Assembly: GCA_951406725.2 (NCBI GenBank)
Contig: OX597822.1
Coordinates: forward strand, 117,056,001 to 117,120,000
DNA length: 64,000 nt
Origin: Octopus vulgaris
Taxonomy: Eukaryota
Direction of reading: 5' to 3'
In this document: positions 1-13,590 of the stretch, piece after piece
How positions within the stretch are numbered: the stretch's first letter is position 1
How the letters are laid out: each line of letters opens with the position of its first letter
Program-made: the position numbers and the translations under genes
The notes under the pieces: generated by a model
Database searches by the model: none
What the model saw: only the letters and a program-made list of their open reading frames with translations
What the model was told of the DNA's origin: nothing

Positions 1-1655
1 ATGGGTTGGACTCTTTGACTGAGGACTGGCAAACCAGATTCCAATTGGATCTGGCAGAGTTTCTACAGCTGGATGCCCTTCCTAATGCCAACCACTCCAA
101 GAGTGTAGTGGGTGCTTTTACATGCCAGTCAGGCGGTACTGGCAACGGCCATGCTCAAATGGTGTTTTTTACATGCCACCTGCACAGGATCCAGTCCAAC
201 AGCACTGGCAACGACCTCGCTCGAATATTTTTTTTTTCACGTGCCAGTAAGGCGATGCCAGTAACGATCACACTTGAATGGTACTTATTCAAGTAAATTT
301 AATACTTGTTTAATTTATGGTGTGGTTTGGAAAATCTATTGGTTAGGAAAAAAATCAGTAATCTAGAATGGTTTTGAAATTGAAGGTTCCCTAAAAACCT
401 GTTACACCTGTGCTAATTATTGCAACATGGGTGTGTCACTAAGAAGTTCAATTCACAACCGCTTTGTTTCAGGTTCCACCTCACTGCCCAACACCTTGAA
501 CAGATTGTCATCTAGCATAGGCTTGGGTTGACCAAAGCCTTGCAAGAATAACTTCTGCCCCTTCTCTCAGCATTCTCCAGTCTTAGAGTCTTTGACAAGA
601 GTCAGACTAGGCATTGCCATCACTTGTGTGATGTAAAGAAAGGAAAGAAAAAGAGAACGGCTGCAATGTTAATATTTAGCCCCTTTAACCCTTTGGCATT
701 AAACTGGCCAAATCCAGCCCAAATATTTTACCTGTTTTAGGTTAAAACTGGCCAGATCCAGCATCTCACACCCGCACTGCAATGTCATTCTAAAAATGAA
801 CAATCACATCTTTGTAATCTCTAAGCTACAAGAGAATACAATTTGAACTTTTAAAAATGTGAATAAATAAGCATTATTAAGGAGGCAGGCTGGCAGAACT
901 GTTAGCATGCCAGGGAAAATGCTGAGCGGCTTTACGTTCATGTTTATGTTCTGAGTTCAACAGGAAGGTCATCGGTGAAATGAATACCAGTGGTGCACTG
1001 GAGTTGATGCAATTAACTGACTCCTCCCTCGAAATGCTGGTCATGTCCCAAAATATGAAACCAATATTTGGTCCCTTTAAGAATTGTTAGTATGCTGGGC
1101 AAAATGCTTAGTGGCATTTTGTTTGTCTTTATGTTCTGAGTTCAAATTCCTCCGTGGTTGACTGCCTTTCAGGATCGATAAAATGAATACCAGCTGAACA
1201 CGGGTCAAAGTAATTGACTTAAATCTTCACCAGAAATTGCTGGCCTTGTGCCAAAATTTGAAGTTGATATTTAGTCCCTTTTCTATAGTAAGTCGAGGGA
1301 TTCATGGTTAACCATGTTATCCCTGCCTCTCATTCTTTTATGCAATATTGAACAAACGACATCTTTCTCGAGGTCAGACTGACAATGTTTTACACATTGA
1401 ACAGAGTCAAGCTCACTGATTTGTGTCCGATGAGAATGGGATGTTCATGCAACCAAGACACCAGGAAAACTGGTAGAAATCTTGTCAACTATTTCACAGT
1501 CTAACAGTTAGAACTAAAAGGGTTATCTAGCCCTAAAGCAAGTTGTTCTAATCGCAAGAGAGTGGTATTGAGTGCTTCACATGTTTTGTAATGACAACAA
1601 TAATAATAATAATAATAACAGAGAGATGAAAAAGAAAGGATAAATTGTACTTAAC

Positions 1656-1802
1656 CCCTTTAGATCGTAATGTTGCTTTACTGTTATTTAACTTCTCCTT
1701 TCCTTTCTTAAGTTCTGGTAAAAGAGATTTTTCCTTCGTCACTAAATCCTTTGATCTGTTTTTCAAATCTTCAACCTTTTCTTTTGTTTTTTGAAGTTTT
1801 GT
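1656..1802 (-). CDS. SMC6: SMC6 coding exon 9 (TKLQKTKEKVEDLKNRSKDLVTKEKSLLPELKKGKEKLNNSKATLRSKG); gene continues beyond window
   Basis: Long polypyrimidine tract plus ctag acceptor, Lys/Glu-rich coiled coil, 147 nt. The donor GG|gttaag is weak, so the 3' boundary is less certain. Confidence 0.8.
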
Positions 1803-3831
1803 CTAGAAAGAGAAGAATAAAAGAAAAAAAATAAACAAAATTAAACTACAATAAATCTTTGTTTATAAATATATGCACAGGCATGGCTCTGTGGTAAGAA
1901 GCTTGCTTTCCACCACATGGTTCTGGGTTCAGTCTTGAGCAAGTGTCTTCTACTATAGCCTTGAGCCGATCAAAGCCTTGCAAGTGGATTTGGTAGATGG
2001 AAACTGAAAGAAGCCCATCTTATATATATATATACACGCATATATTGATGTGTGTGTATTTGTCCTCCACCAACACTTGACAGCTGGTGTTGGTGTGTTT
2101 ATATCCCTGTAACTTAGCAGTTTGGCAAAAGATATCGATAGAACAAGTACCAGGCTTAAAAAAAAAGTACTGGTGTCAATTCACTTGACTAAAAATTCTC
2201 CAAGGCAGTGCCCCAGTATGGCCACAGTCTAATGACCACAATCTAATGAAACAAATAAAGGATAAAAGCTATATGGACAACATGAATATAATTGGGGACA
2301 TGTATTTTCAGGATAAAATAGAAGACATTAGATGCGGACGAAAACCAAAACATCTTTACTTTATATTCTTTGATGACAAAAGAGAAACATTTGGTAATTT
2401 TTATTTCAGTTATTGTCTGAACATACCAATGTATCATCATCTCAGTTTCTTTTTTTTTTTTTTAGAGACACAGTGTATCAAGGATTACATTATCTAATGT
2501 ACCAGTCTTTCTTTAAAACAGTGTGGTTTGAAGGAAATTTGGACTCTGTGCTACTAGTTCTAGCAGGTTGTTGATAATTTGATTGACTTCTTCAATATTA
2601 TAGACAAGTACAAGGTAGGAGAATTGTTGCTACTTGAGGCAAAATGCTCAGCAGCATTGGGTCCGTTTTCATGTTCTGAGTTCAAATTCCACCAAGGGTG
2701 ATTTGACATTTCATCCTTTTGGGGTTGATAAAATAAGTACCAGCTGAGTACTGGTGTTGATGTAACCGACTTATCCCCTCCCCCAAAATTGCTAGCCTTG
2801 TTCCAAAATTTGAAACCGATATTATAGATGAGTACACAACATCTGAATGATTCAGAAACTGTGTTGCTAAGCAGTGGGTCACATGTGCAAACCTTATAAG
2901 GAAGTACTTTGTTCTTGGAGTTTTGTTTTTTGAAATGCTGTATTAAAGAAGGAAAGGCTTTCACCTATCTGGGGCTTCCGAGGTCAGAAAGACAGAGAAT
3001 GTGGGTTGGGTTGGTTTGGTTAAGTTTGAAAAGAGTTGGGGGTTAACATAATGCAGGTTCACGTGGAGGGAGAGAGAGAGGGAGGGCTAAATAAAGAAGT
3101 GGTTGTGTGTATAAGGAAAAGGTACCATACAGAGTAGACAGAAATTGAGTACAAATTTTAAAGAGTTGACTTCATTATAATTACAAAAGGCTAAAAATTG
3201 TGATTAAGGGGTTTTCAAATGAGGGATGTTTATACATTATTCAATTTTAAACTGAATACTGTTTAATCCTTTAGTATTTAAAACCAGCCATATCCAGCCT
3301 AAAATATTCCACCTGTTTTATGTTTAAACCAGCCAGATTTAGCCTCTCAGACCTAGCCTACAATGTCGTTCTAAACATAAACAATCACATCATTGAAATT
3401 TTGAAACTGAAATAATGCATGATTAATACAAAACAATGAGCATAAATAAACATTACACTTGGCAGAATAATCTGAAGAATTGAAGAAGGGACCCACTGGT
3501 GGATTGGCAGAGTTATTAAGGCATTGGACAAAGTGCCTTGTAGTATTTAAATGGTTCCTCATTTCCAAATGAATCACCCTTAAGTCAGCTTTGCCTTTCA
3601 TCCTTCTGGGGTAGTTGAGTACAGGTCAAGCTGCGAGGGTCAATATAATTGACCATAATGATTCTTCATATTTTAGGCCTTTGAGGGGATATGTTAAAAA
3701 TCAATTATTATCCAGGACAGATAGATTTTTTTTGTTCTGAGGAGGAAGGTAAACATCATAGAAGTGATTAGTGTTGTTTCAGAGAAAAAAAGATTATTCG
3801 AAATAAAGAAGACAAGTAACTCCATATATTT

Positions 3832-4059
3832 TAACCCTTTTGATACCAGCCTGGCTGAAGCCGGCTCTGGCTCTGTAGTACAAATGTCTTGCTTTCATAA
3901 GTTTGGAATTAAAATCTTCCACCAAACCTTAGTCACAATTAATGTTCCTAACCCTAGCTAAATGATACCTAAGTTATTTTACTAAATTCTTTGTTATATT
4001 TAAAGTAATTGAAAGAAACACAAAGCGTCTCAAAATAAATACAGTAATGGAAGGATTAA
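3832..4059. mobile_element. piggyBac-like MITE (related TTAA-CCCTTT elements at ~686-880 and ~3263-3480)
   Basis: Begins ttaacccttt and ends aaggattaa. The 686 and 3263 elements are two copies of one ~200-bp family starting ttaa(c/t)ccttt. Confidence 0.55.
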
Positions 4060-4973
4060 ACAGCATTCGTGTAACGAGAGTTGTCTTTCTTTATAAAAGT
4101 TATACGTGGCTGTCAAGAAACACTACTTTTCAGTTCATGAAATGACACCTGAATGAGAAGTAATTATAGGTGATACATAGACTGCACTGATTTTGTACAC
4201 TTCACAGTGATTGCTTTATTCAAGAAGCCATGACTTCTGTGTAAAATTTGAGTCACTTCCCAGACAGCAATCTTGTGCTGGTCTGGTCTAGAGGTGTGTT
4301 TAGCAGAGATTACTCTGTTGCAGCATTCAGACCAGACATCTGGCTTAGAGCTTCTTCTGACTCCGCACTGTACTGACAGCCCCCCCAAACTATATGCTGA
4401 AACATTATACTAAACTCTCACTGGATTAGTCCTCCATTTGTTTCAAATGTATAACTCCACTGGACCCCACATTCTACACCAGTTACTTAGGCTCAAAGTC
4501 ACTTTTCTAAACACATCTGCCTCCTCTACTGCTTTCTGAATTCCTTTAACTAACAACTCTTCTTACATTAAGACATCTATCTGCCTTCATCTTTCTGAAG
4601 CTATTGTCATTTCAAGTCAGCTCCACCAGTTCTATGCTATCTCTGACCAGTACAAGGGGTTCATCCCTGAGCTACTGGAAATAGATAGGTGAGTGACTGA
4701 AACCAATTCTTGAAAGTGTCCCTCCATGTGCAAACAAACTCACAGCAACAAATTCTCAACTGTTGGGACAAATTTGCTTCAATACAAGAACCTTCCGTTT
4801 CTCTTTCTGATGGGACTTTTGTAGTGAATTCATTGAACATAGTAAACTGCCAGACACCAAAAGTTAAGCATTAATAAACTAATGTAAATATCAGTTTGGC
4901 AGACATAATTTCAGTGAAACTTGTGACAAGGTGCAACAACGCAGCAGTGAATTCTTCAAAGAATTTTCCAATA

Positions 4974-5142
4974 GGCGCAGGAGTGGCTGTGTGGTAAGTA
5001 GCTTGCTAACCAACCACATGGTTCCGGGTTCAGTCCCACTGCGTGGCATCTTGGGCAAGTGTCTTCTGCTATAGCCCCGGGCCAACCAATGCCTTGTGAG
5101 TGGATTTGGTAGACAGAAACTGAAAGAAGCCTGTCATATATA

Positions 5143-5181
<39 letters not shown>

Positions 5182-5385
5182 ATGTGTGTTTGTCCCCCTA
5201 GCATTGCTTGACAACCGATGCTGGTGTGTTTACGTTCCCGTCACTTAGCAGTTCGACAAAAGAGACCGATAGAATAAGTACTGGGCTTACAAAGAATAAG
5301 TCCCGGGGTCGATTTGCCCGACTAAAGGCGGTGCTCCAGCATGGCCGCAGTCAAATGACTGAAACAAGTAAAAGAGTAAAAGAGT
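4974..5385 (+). mobile_element. tRNA-derived SINE family A, full length, with internal (TA)n/(TG)n
   Basis: A box tggctgtgtgg, B box ggttcagtcc, CORE-like cttgggcaagtgtctt, tail gactgaaacaagtaaaagag. More than 15 copies or fragments in the window (e.g. 1875-2268, 20708-21050, 24212-24620, 55560-55940). Confidence 0.88.
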
Positions 5386-5867
5386 AATACTTGGCATCTT
5401 GAGCACAGAACTTTAGCCCTGGCTGTTAGATTCTTGAAATCCTATAATGTCAGAACATATTCCTTCTCCAGTAGCTTGTGTTTGGCCAAGAATGAGAATT
5501 CTACTATCTAACACCAATCTCCAGTTGAAACTTAGTATACCTGAAAGTTAATAATCTAATGACAGAGAAGGCAAAGGCTAAAATGTAATTATTGAGATCT
5601 GTCCCCATTAAAGAAACAAAAAACAATGCTAATGACTTCCAATGGGCAGAGTTGGGTACCAGTAAAAGGGGCCAAGAGAGCCAGTAAAAAAAGTTATAGT
5701 GTGAATGATGTCCAGAAAAATTACTAATGAAACAAAAAGCATTTCTACCTATTAACCTGGACTTAGTAGATAGTAGGATAGTGGATAGTAAAGCCCCCTC
5801 TTCTTGGTAACAAGTGAACCAATAAACCTTAATTTACCAACCAATAATAAAAAAAAAAACATGCAGA

Positions 5868-6425
5868 GGCACAAGCGTGGCTGTGTGGTAAGAAGTTTGT
5901 TTCTCAACCACAAGGTTCCAGGTTCAGTCCCACTTGGGCAAGTCTCTTCTACTATAGCTTCAGGCCAACCAAAGTCTCGTGAATGGATTTGATAGACGGA
6001 AATAGAGAGAAATCCGTTGTGTGTATATATATATATATATATATATGTATATACTCTTTTACTTGTTTCAGTCATTTGACTGTGGCCATGCTGGAGCACC
6101 GCCTTTAGTCGGGCAAATCAACCCCAGGACTTATTCTTTGTAAGCCTAGTACTTATTTTATTGGTTGCTTTTGCCGAACCGCTAAGTTACAGGGACGTAA
6201 ACACACCAGCATTGGTTGTCAAGCGATGTTGGGGGGACAAATACAGACACACATACATATATACGACGGGCTTCTTTCAGTTTCCGTCTACCAAAACCAC
6301 TCACAAGGCTTTGGTCAGCCCGAGGCTATAGAAGAAGACACTTGCCCAAGGTGCCACACAGTGGGACTGAACCTAGAACCATGTGGTTCATAAGCAAGCT
6401 ACTTACCACACAGCCACTCCTTTGC

Positions 6426-6476
<51 letters not shown>

Positions 6477-6687
6477 TGTGTCTGTCCTTTTACCACTGCC
6501 TGACAACCAGTGTTGGTGTGTTTACATCCCTGTAACTTAGTGGTTCAGCAAAAGAGCTCAATAGAATGAGTACAAGGCTTTAAAAAACGAAGTTCTGGGA
6601 TCAATTTGTTTGACTAAAAAAACTCTTTGAAGTGGTGCCCCAGCATGGCCACATTCAAATGACTGAAACAAGTAAGAGATAAAAGAG
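5868..6687. mobile_element. SINE A (+) with a second SINE A (-) nested in its microsatellite
   Basis: Plus-strand head 5868-6050, complete minus-strand copy 6054-6423, plus-strand tail 6447-6687. Confidence 0.8.
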
Positions 6688-7055
6688 GGAGAACTAGTGA
6701 GTTAATAAATGCTATTCTACTACCTACTAAAACAGTTACATACAGTGGAAGAATTGGTCGTAAGCTATATTACTTATCAAAATAACAGACTTTGGTCAGC
6801 TCAATAATAATTAAAAAAATACAATACTACAGGAAATGTGTTGAAAGTGAAAGGGATGTAACTAGAGTTGTCTTCCTTTAAATGTTACGTAATATTTATG
6901 ATTATGCAACAAGCAATGGTCAACAAATAAAATGTGTTTTTCACTTCCATCTTGAAAACAGACTTGTATGTTGTTTGAGAAATGTTTGAGAACCATTTGC
7001 AGGAGATTGAGCAACTGAAGAGAGGATCTCTCATTGGGATGCGTGCGTGCATGTT

Positions 7056-7088
<33 letters not shown>

Positions 7089-7115
7089 ATGTCCATGCGC
7101 GTGTCATCGCGCATG

Positions 7116-7955
7116 TCATCATCATCATCATCATCATTTAGCGTCCGTTTTCCATGCTAGCATGGGTTGGACGGTTCTGCTGGGGTCTGTGAAGCCAGAA
7201 GGCTTCATCAGGCCCAGTCAAATCTGGCAGTGTTTCTACGGCTGGATGCCCTTCCTAACGCCAACCACTCCGTGAGTGTAGTGGGTGCTTTTTACGTGCC
7301 ACCCGCACAAGTGCCAGACAGAGCTGGCAAACGGCCACGAACGGATGGTGCTTTTTATGTGCCACCGGCACGAGGGCCAGGCGAGGCTGGCAACGGACAC
7401 GAAACGGGGCGGTGCTGGCAACGGTCGCGAAACGGAAAGTTCTCTTACATGCCACCGGCACTGGTAACACATCTGCAATTTCCATTGATCGATTTCGATT
7501 CTGATCCTCACTTGCCTCAATGGGTCTTCACAAGCAGAGTTTCGACATGCCACCGGCACTGGTAGCACATCCGCAATTTCCATTGATCGATTTCGATTCT
7601 GATCCTCACTTGCCTCAACACGTCTTCACAAGTAGAGTTTTGTGTCCCAAGAAGGGAAGGTATGCATACGTAGGCTGGCTCCATCCCATGTAGAAGGCCA
7701 CGGGTTGTGGACTCACTTGTCCTGCCGGGTCTTCTCGTGCACAGCACACTTCCAGAGGTCTCGGTCTCTAGTCATTTCCTCAGTGAGACCTAAAGTTCGA
7801 AGGTCGTGCTTCACCACCTCGTCCCAGGTTTTCCTGGGTCTGCCTCTTCCACAGGTTCCCTCAACCGCTAGGGTGTGGCACTTTTTCACACAACTATCTT
7901 CATCCATTCTCGCCACATGACCATACCAGCGCAAACGTCTCTCTTGCAACCCCAA
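7116..7955 (-). mobile_element. RTE LINE 3' fragment (ORF2 C-terminus + 3'UTR)
   Basis: LQERRLRWYGHVARMDEDSCVKKC...RGRPRKTW peptide, same 3'UTR as 41655-42117, (GAT)n tail. Confidence 0.9.
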
Positions 7956-8441
7956 GTCAGCCCTCAGGAAGTAAATCTATAATTAACAGAGTTCCAGCTG
8001 TGACCAGTCCGTTTTCCCTTTTTCTGAACATAATTCAAGAACACAGTATTCAACAGCTCTCATTCATACAAAACTGAAGAAGATTTCATAGCTATTCCTA
8101 GCAAATCCAGCAACCACACTTGTGCCCACAAGGGACTTTCTTGTTTGGCATAATCACCCTCAATATATTACAGCTATGAAATAAATTTAGGGTACTGACT
8201 TATCAAACGAAATACATTAAATAATAAATTCCAGAACTATCTCATCAAACACTTTGCATTCCTGCTATAAATTTCTATTTAACTTGGCTAAAATTTAAAA
8301 AAAGAAACCATTTCCTATAATTTATGATAATTAAACAGACTATCCTTATACATAATTAGTAAAGTGTAAAGTTAACATAATCAATGCCGTGACCATTTGA
8401 ATAATTAACATTTTTTAAAAATTAATGTTCCTCATACGTAC

Positions 8442-8522
8442 ATTGCTTTCTGTTACTTTCTGTTCAAATTTCGGTAACCGAGCTTGTTCAGCAGATTTTT
8501 CTCTTAAATGCGGTGCCAAATG
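8442..8522 (-). CDS. SMC6: SMC6 coding exon 8 (HLAPHLREKSAEQARLPKFEQKVTESN)
   Basis: ccttttcag acceptor, gtacgt donor, 81 nt, phase 0/0. Coiled-coil composition in otherwise repeat-free sequence. Confidence 0.8.
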
Positions 8523-8645
8523 CTGAAAAGGATAATAAAATGAAAGGACAAACTGAAGAGTTGAGAATGATGATGATAATGATGGTGGTGATGATGATAA
8601 AAATGATGGTGGTGATGATGATGATATGAAGATGGTGGTGACAAT

Positions 8646-9089
8646 CATCATCATCATCATCATTTAGCGTCCGCTTTCCATGCTAGCATGGGTTGGACGG
8701 TTCAACTGGGGTCTGTGAAGCCAGAAGGCTGCACCAGGCTCCAGTCTGATCTGGCAGAGTTTCTACGGCTGGATGCCCTTCCTAACGCCAACCACTCCGT
8801 GAGTGTAGTGGGTGCTTTTTACATGCCACCCGCACAGGTGCCAGACGGAGCTGGCAAACGGCCACGAACGGATGGTGCTTTTTACGTGCCACCAGCACAG
8901 GTGCCAGACGGAGCTGGCAAAAAGGCCACGAACGGATGGTGCTTTTTACGTGCCACCAGCACAGGTGCCAGACGGAGCTGGCAAAAAGGCCACGAACGGA
9001 TGGTGCTTTTTACGTGCCACCCGCACAGGTGCCAGACGGAGCTGGCAAACGGCCACGAACGGATGGTGCTTTTTACGTGCCACCAGCAC
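8646..9089 (-). mobile_element. RTE LINE 3'UTR copy with expanded 63-64 bp tandem array
   Basis: Shared 3' end (ctggatgcccttcctaacgccaaccactcc). Repeat cores at 8811, 8874, 8938, 9002 and 9065. Confidence 0.88.
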
Positions 9090-9566
9090 AATGAAAAAGA
9101 TAACTATGATGATGATTATGACAAGACACAGAAAGCCCCAGGAAGATTTTAGAGGCCATTTCTTATTTTGGTTTTGTGGTATGCAGTAGATGCAAAACCT
9201 CCCACTGACATGAGATACCAAATCTATCACAGGTAACATTCTCAGATGATCTGGTACTTTCTACTCACGTCTAAGTGATCTGCTGCCATGTAGAATAAAG
9301 GATCCAGTTTGGAAATTCTATGAAACAACACTAATTGATTTGAACTCATGACCCATCTACAGGAAGTCTAATACCATACCTACTGAGCCACTCCACCTTT
9401 ATCAATCTCAGAGCTGTGTTTAGAGTACTGATAATATGTTATCTTGTGTTTGTAAAGAGGCACAGCCTACTGGTTAGGGCACGGAACTTATAATTGCCAG
9501 CTCGGGAGTTCAATTTTCAAACCAGGTGGTGTACTTGTCCTTGAGCAAGGCACTTCTTTTCACTGT

Positions 9567-9930
9567 GCTAGTTGGGTGCCAAGAGCACCATCCGAGCGTG
9601 ATCATTGCCAGAGCAGCCAACTGGTCCGTGCCGGTGGCACGTAAAAGGGCACCATTCGAGCGTGATCGTTACCAACGTTGCCTTACTGGCACCTGTGCTG
9701 GTGGCATGTGTAAAACGATTCGAGCAAGGTCATTGCCAGTACCGCCTGGCATGTAAAAAGCACCCACTACACTCACGGAGTGGTTGGCGTTAGGAAGAGC
9801 ATCCAGCTGTAGAAACTCTGCCAGATCAAGATTGGAGCCTGGTGCAGCCATCTGGTTCTCCAGCCTTCAGTCAAAATCGTCCAACCCCTGCTAGCATGGA
9901 AAGCGGACGTTTAACAATGATGATGATGAT
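9567..9930 (+). mobile_element. RTE LINE 3'UTR copy, second subfamily (related copies at ~1-290, 11300-11635, 19563-19820, 22865-23130, 24700-25055, 33776-33990)
   Basis: Same terminal ~150 bp and (GAT)n tail. Diagnostic ccagatcaagattggagcctggtgcagccatctgg segment. Confidence 0.8.
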
Positions 9931-10804
9931 TAAACCAATACACTAAACTGAAAATGAGAAGCAGTAGCACTTTGGGTTAACCCTGCAATAACTAGCATCC
10001 CATTCAGTAGGTTAGTCTTGTGCTCTCAGCTGAAACACCTCAGAAGCCAGGATAAGCTCAGATTTCATGATCCTGTAAGCTTCAAAGTTTATCTCTGTTT
10101 AAACAATATTTTGAAAAATGAAGAAAAACATGTCTTGATTCCTTATGCATGTATATAAAATCATCACGATTATCATTGTGCTTAACATCCCTTTTACCAT
10201 GCTGGCATGGGTTGGATGATTCAACAGGAACAAAATGAACGAGAGGATTGTGCTGAGCTCCCCAGTGTCTGCTTTGGCAGAGTTCCTACAGCTGAATAGC
10301 CTTCCTAATGCCAACAACTTTTACAGGGTCTACTCAGTGACTACATATGATAATATTCTGCACAGTTTCCTGCTATCAAAGTCCGCATACTTTTACATAC
10401 TCATTGGTCAACCCAAACCTATGTGACTTTGTGTCTGGGTTTGTCCCCAAGTAATGCTTGACAACCATTGTCGGTATGCTTACAATCCCCCACCACTGTT
10501 GTTGGTGTGTTTATGCCCCCATAACTCAGTGGTTCAGCAAAAGAGACAGATAGAATAAGTACCAGGGTTAAAATAAAACAAGTACCAGGGTTTGATTTGT
10601 TCAACTAAAACCTTTGAAGATGGTGCCCCAGAAGGGCCACAGTCAAATGACTGAAGCAAGTAAAAAATAAAAGATAAAAAAAAAATTACCAAAAACAAAA
10701 AGCAAGCACAAGAAAAAAATGCAACAAAAAAATAAAAAGGGAAAAACCCACCCAGCAAATAATGTCTTTGAATTCTGTTGTAAATGTGGCAAAAGTAAAC
10801 TCAC

Positions 10805-10942
10805 CGATTCTTTCTCAATGACCAAAGACCATGCCATTTCAGACTTGAGAGCTTTTATTTTCTCTTTCTGGTTCTCAAGGGCAGAGAAAGCTTTGTATTT
10901 TTTCTCCCATTCTTTCACTTCTGATTCCAGCTCAGGGAAAGA
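10805..10942 (-). CDS. SMC6: SMC6 coding exon 7 (SFPELESEVKEWEKKYKAFSALENQKEKIKALKSEMAWSLVIEKES)
   Basis: tttttcag acceptor, gtgagt donor, 138 nt. LKxEMAWxxV motif of the Smc6 coiled coil. Confidence 0.93.
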
Positions 10943-12429
10943 CTGAAAAATTAGAGAATTTTAATAAGAAATGTAAATTATTTTTTTCTGATAATATCTA
11001 GTTGAAACATTTGCATGTGGATGAGGACAGCTGCTTAAAGAAGTGCCAATCTCTAATCGTGAAGGGTACCTGTGGAAGGGGGTAAACCCAGGAAGATGTG
11101 GGATGAAGTGGTGAGAAAGGATCTTCAGATGCTGGGCCCCACTGAGGAAATGACAAGGGACTGGAGGTTGTTTAGTAAAATTTCAGTCATCCATACATAC
11201 AAGCATGTCCTTTGCAGCTGCCACATAAAATGTGCTGGTGCCACGTATGATGCACTCATGCTGGTCGCATGTAAAAAGCAGCCAGTACAGCAGCCAGAGC
11301 GGCTAACCGGCTTCCGTGCCAGTGGCACATAAAAAGGCACCATTCGAGCGTGATCGTTACCAACGTTGCCTTACTGGCACCTGTACCGGTGGCAGGTGTA
11401 AAAAGATTCGAGTGAGGTCATTGCCAGTTCCGCCTGACTGGCCCCCGTGCCAGTGGCACATAAAAAGCACCCACTACACTCTTGGAGTGGTTGGCATTAG
11501 GAAGGGCATCTAGCTGTAGAAACTCAGCCAGATCAAGATTGGAGCCTGGTGCAGCCATCTGGTTCGCCAGCCCTCAGTCAAAATCGTCCAACCCATGCTA
11601 GCATGGAAAGTGAACGTTAAATGATGATGATGATACACTCTGTAAAGTGGTTGGTATTAGGGAGGTCATCCAACTGTAGAAACCATGCCACAACAGATAG
11701 TTGGATTCTGAACACCTCCCTGCTAGCCAGCTCTGAGTCAACACGTCCAACCCATGCCAGCACGGAAAACGGACGTTAGACTATGATGATGATGTTAACT
11801 GTGCAGCTGATGGGCAAGATTTCTTCGTTATAATTACGATTAATTTAATAGTTGAAAAGACAGCTAACTGTCAAAAGCAACCACTGCTACAATCGATATA
11901 CTAACAAACGGAATCATCCTATTCAGGCTTGTATTACACAAATAAAAAAAATATCAAAAAAAGATAAACGGGAAAAAAGGATGTGATTTTAGCCTCAATC
12001 AAAATTATATTTTCTGTGAAACCGATTATATCATGAAATTACCTCCGCATTTTCTTCAGAGCTGCTAACAATTACCAATAGGTTTTATTTTCTTCTCCAA
12101 CTAAAAGGTAAATTCCAATCCATAAAGAAACATGCTTAAGTTACTCTGTGTGTGTATGTATTATCATCATCATCATCATCATCATCGTTTAACGTCCGTT
12201 TTCCGCGCTAGCACGGGTTGGACGGTTTGACCGGGGTCTGGGAAGCCAGGGGCCGCTCCAGGCTCCAGTCTGATTCTGGCAGAGTTTCTACGGCTGGATG
12301 CCCTTCCTAACGCCAACCACTCCGTGAGTGGATTGGGTGCTTTTTACGTGCCACCTGCACAGGGGCCGGGGGGTCCGGCATCGGTCACGATCGGTTCGAG
12401 CTTTTAACGTGCCAGGGACACGGGGGCAA

Positions 12430-13096
12430 CGGGATGCGGGGTAGAGTTGAGTTGGGGGGGGGTCCAGCTGAGAAAGGTTTCACCAGTGAAAAGAGAGGGA
12501 GAGATAGTAAAGGGGTGCAGGTAATATAGGGGAGCACCAGTGGGGAAGGTTGGGGGAGGAGGAACGATGGCAGGAAGGGTTGGTGAAGGTTCGTAAGAAA
12601 TATAAACGTAGGATGTGTATATATATATATGGGTAGGTGTGGGGAAGGTTGGGGGGGTAAGGAGGAACGATGGCAGGAAGGGTTGGTGCAGGTTCGTAAG
12701 AAATAAAAACGTAAGATATTACGAGGCATGGAGGGGACTGGAAGGAGATAGTAGGATTGAGGCAGTGTCAGATTCAAAACAGGAGGAAGCGTAAGATCAG
12801 AGGGCGGTTGATGAGCTGAGACGCTAGCAGCTTGTCTTTTCTCAGTGAAAGCATATGAGGAGAAGGGGTAGGAAGGGGTGGTGGGGGAGGAGGAGGGAGT
12901 ATCCGGTGTAGATGGTGAGAACAGTGTTCACCGGTATTGGTGGTGGGGGTGGTATTGGGGGTGGGGTGGGAGTGGTATTGGTGGTGGGAGGGTGGGGGTG
13001 GTATTGGTGGTGGTATTGGTGGTGGGGGTGGTATTGGTGGTGGGGGTGGTATTGGTGGTGGGGGTGGTATTGGTGGTGGGGGTGGGAGGGCGGGCG
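12430..13096 (+). repeat. G-rich low-complexity tract with 18-bp repeat (GGTATTGGTGGTGGGGGT)n and a ~75-bp duplication
   Basis: Repeat visible at 12933-13085. Duplicated ggggaaggttggggg...cgtaagaaat at ~12542 and ~12640. Confidence 0.85.
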
Positions 13097-13549
13097 CACC
13101 GCGCAATGGGAGAAGATGAGATTTTTAGGCGGCAGAAAGAAAGACAGGATTTGAGATGGAATGCTTTGCGATCGTGTGCATAAGTTTCTATGAGTGGAAG
13201 TTGGGAAAAGATGGGTTAGAGAATTAAGCGACAGAAAGAAAGACCAAATTTGAGACGAGATGTTTTTGCGAAGTTTTTGTGAATGAAAGTTTATATGCTT
13301 CAGCTAGCATTTGAGACGAAAGACAACGATAACGCCAATATATGGGGAAACAATAATAATAAGAAGGCTTGATGGTGATGATGATACTTGCAAAAACAAT
13401 GAAAAGAAGGAACAGGACTTAGCTGATATTTTTCATCCTGCGTATTGGCTAAGCCTGTGGAAGCGAGTGAAGGCGAGATATATATACAGAGAGAGAGAGA
13501 GACAGTGATAACAGAGGGAGAAACCGACACCACATAGCGAGAGAGAGAG

Positions 13550-13590
<41 letters not shown>

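Noticed and set aside
1651-1662. piggyBac-like end TTAACCCCTTT at the SMC6 exon 9 boundary
   Set aside because: It overlaps coding sequence and the splice donor and has no convincing partner end, so it is likely coincidence.
8811-9089. CRISPR-like repeat-spacer array
   Set aside because: The spacers are copies or variants of each other, the array lies in a LINE 3'UTR, the context is eukaryotic and there are no cas genes.
12774-13183. Proline-rich, His/Gln-rich and Gly/Trp-rich ORFs
   Set aside because: All frames are open simply because of an 18-bp G-rich repeat. No splice or homology support.
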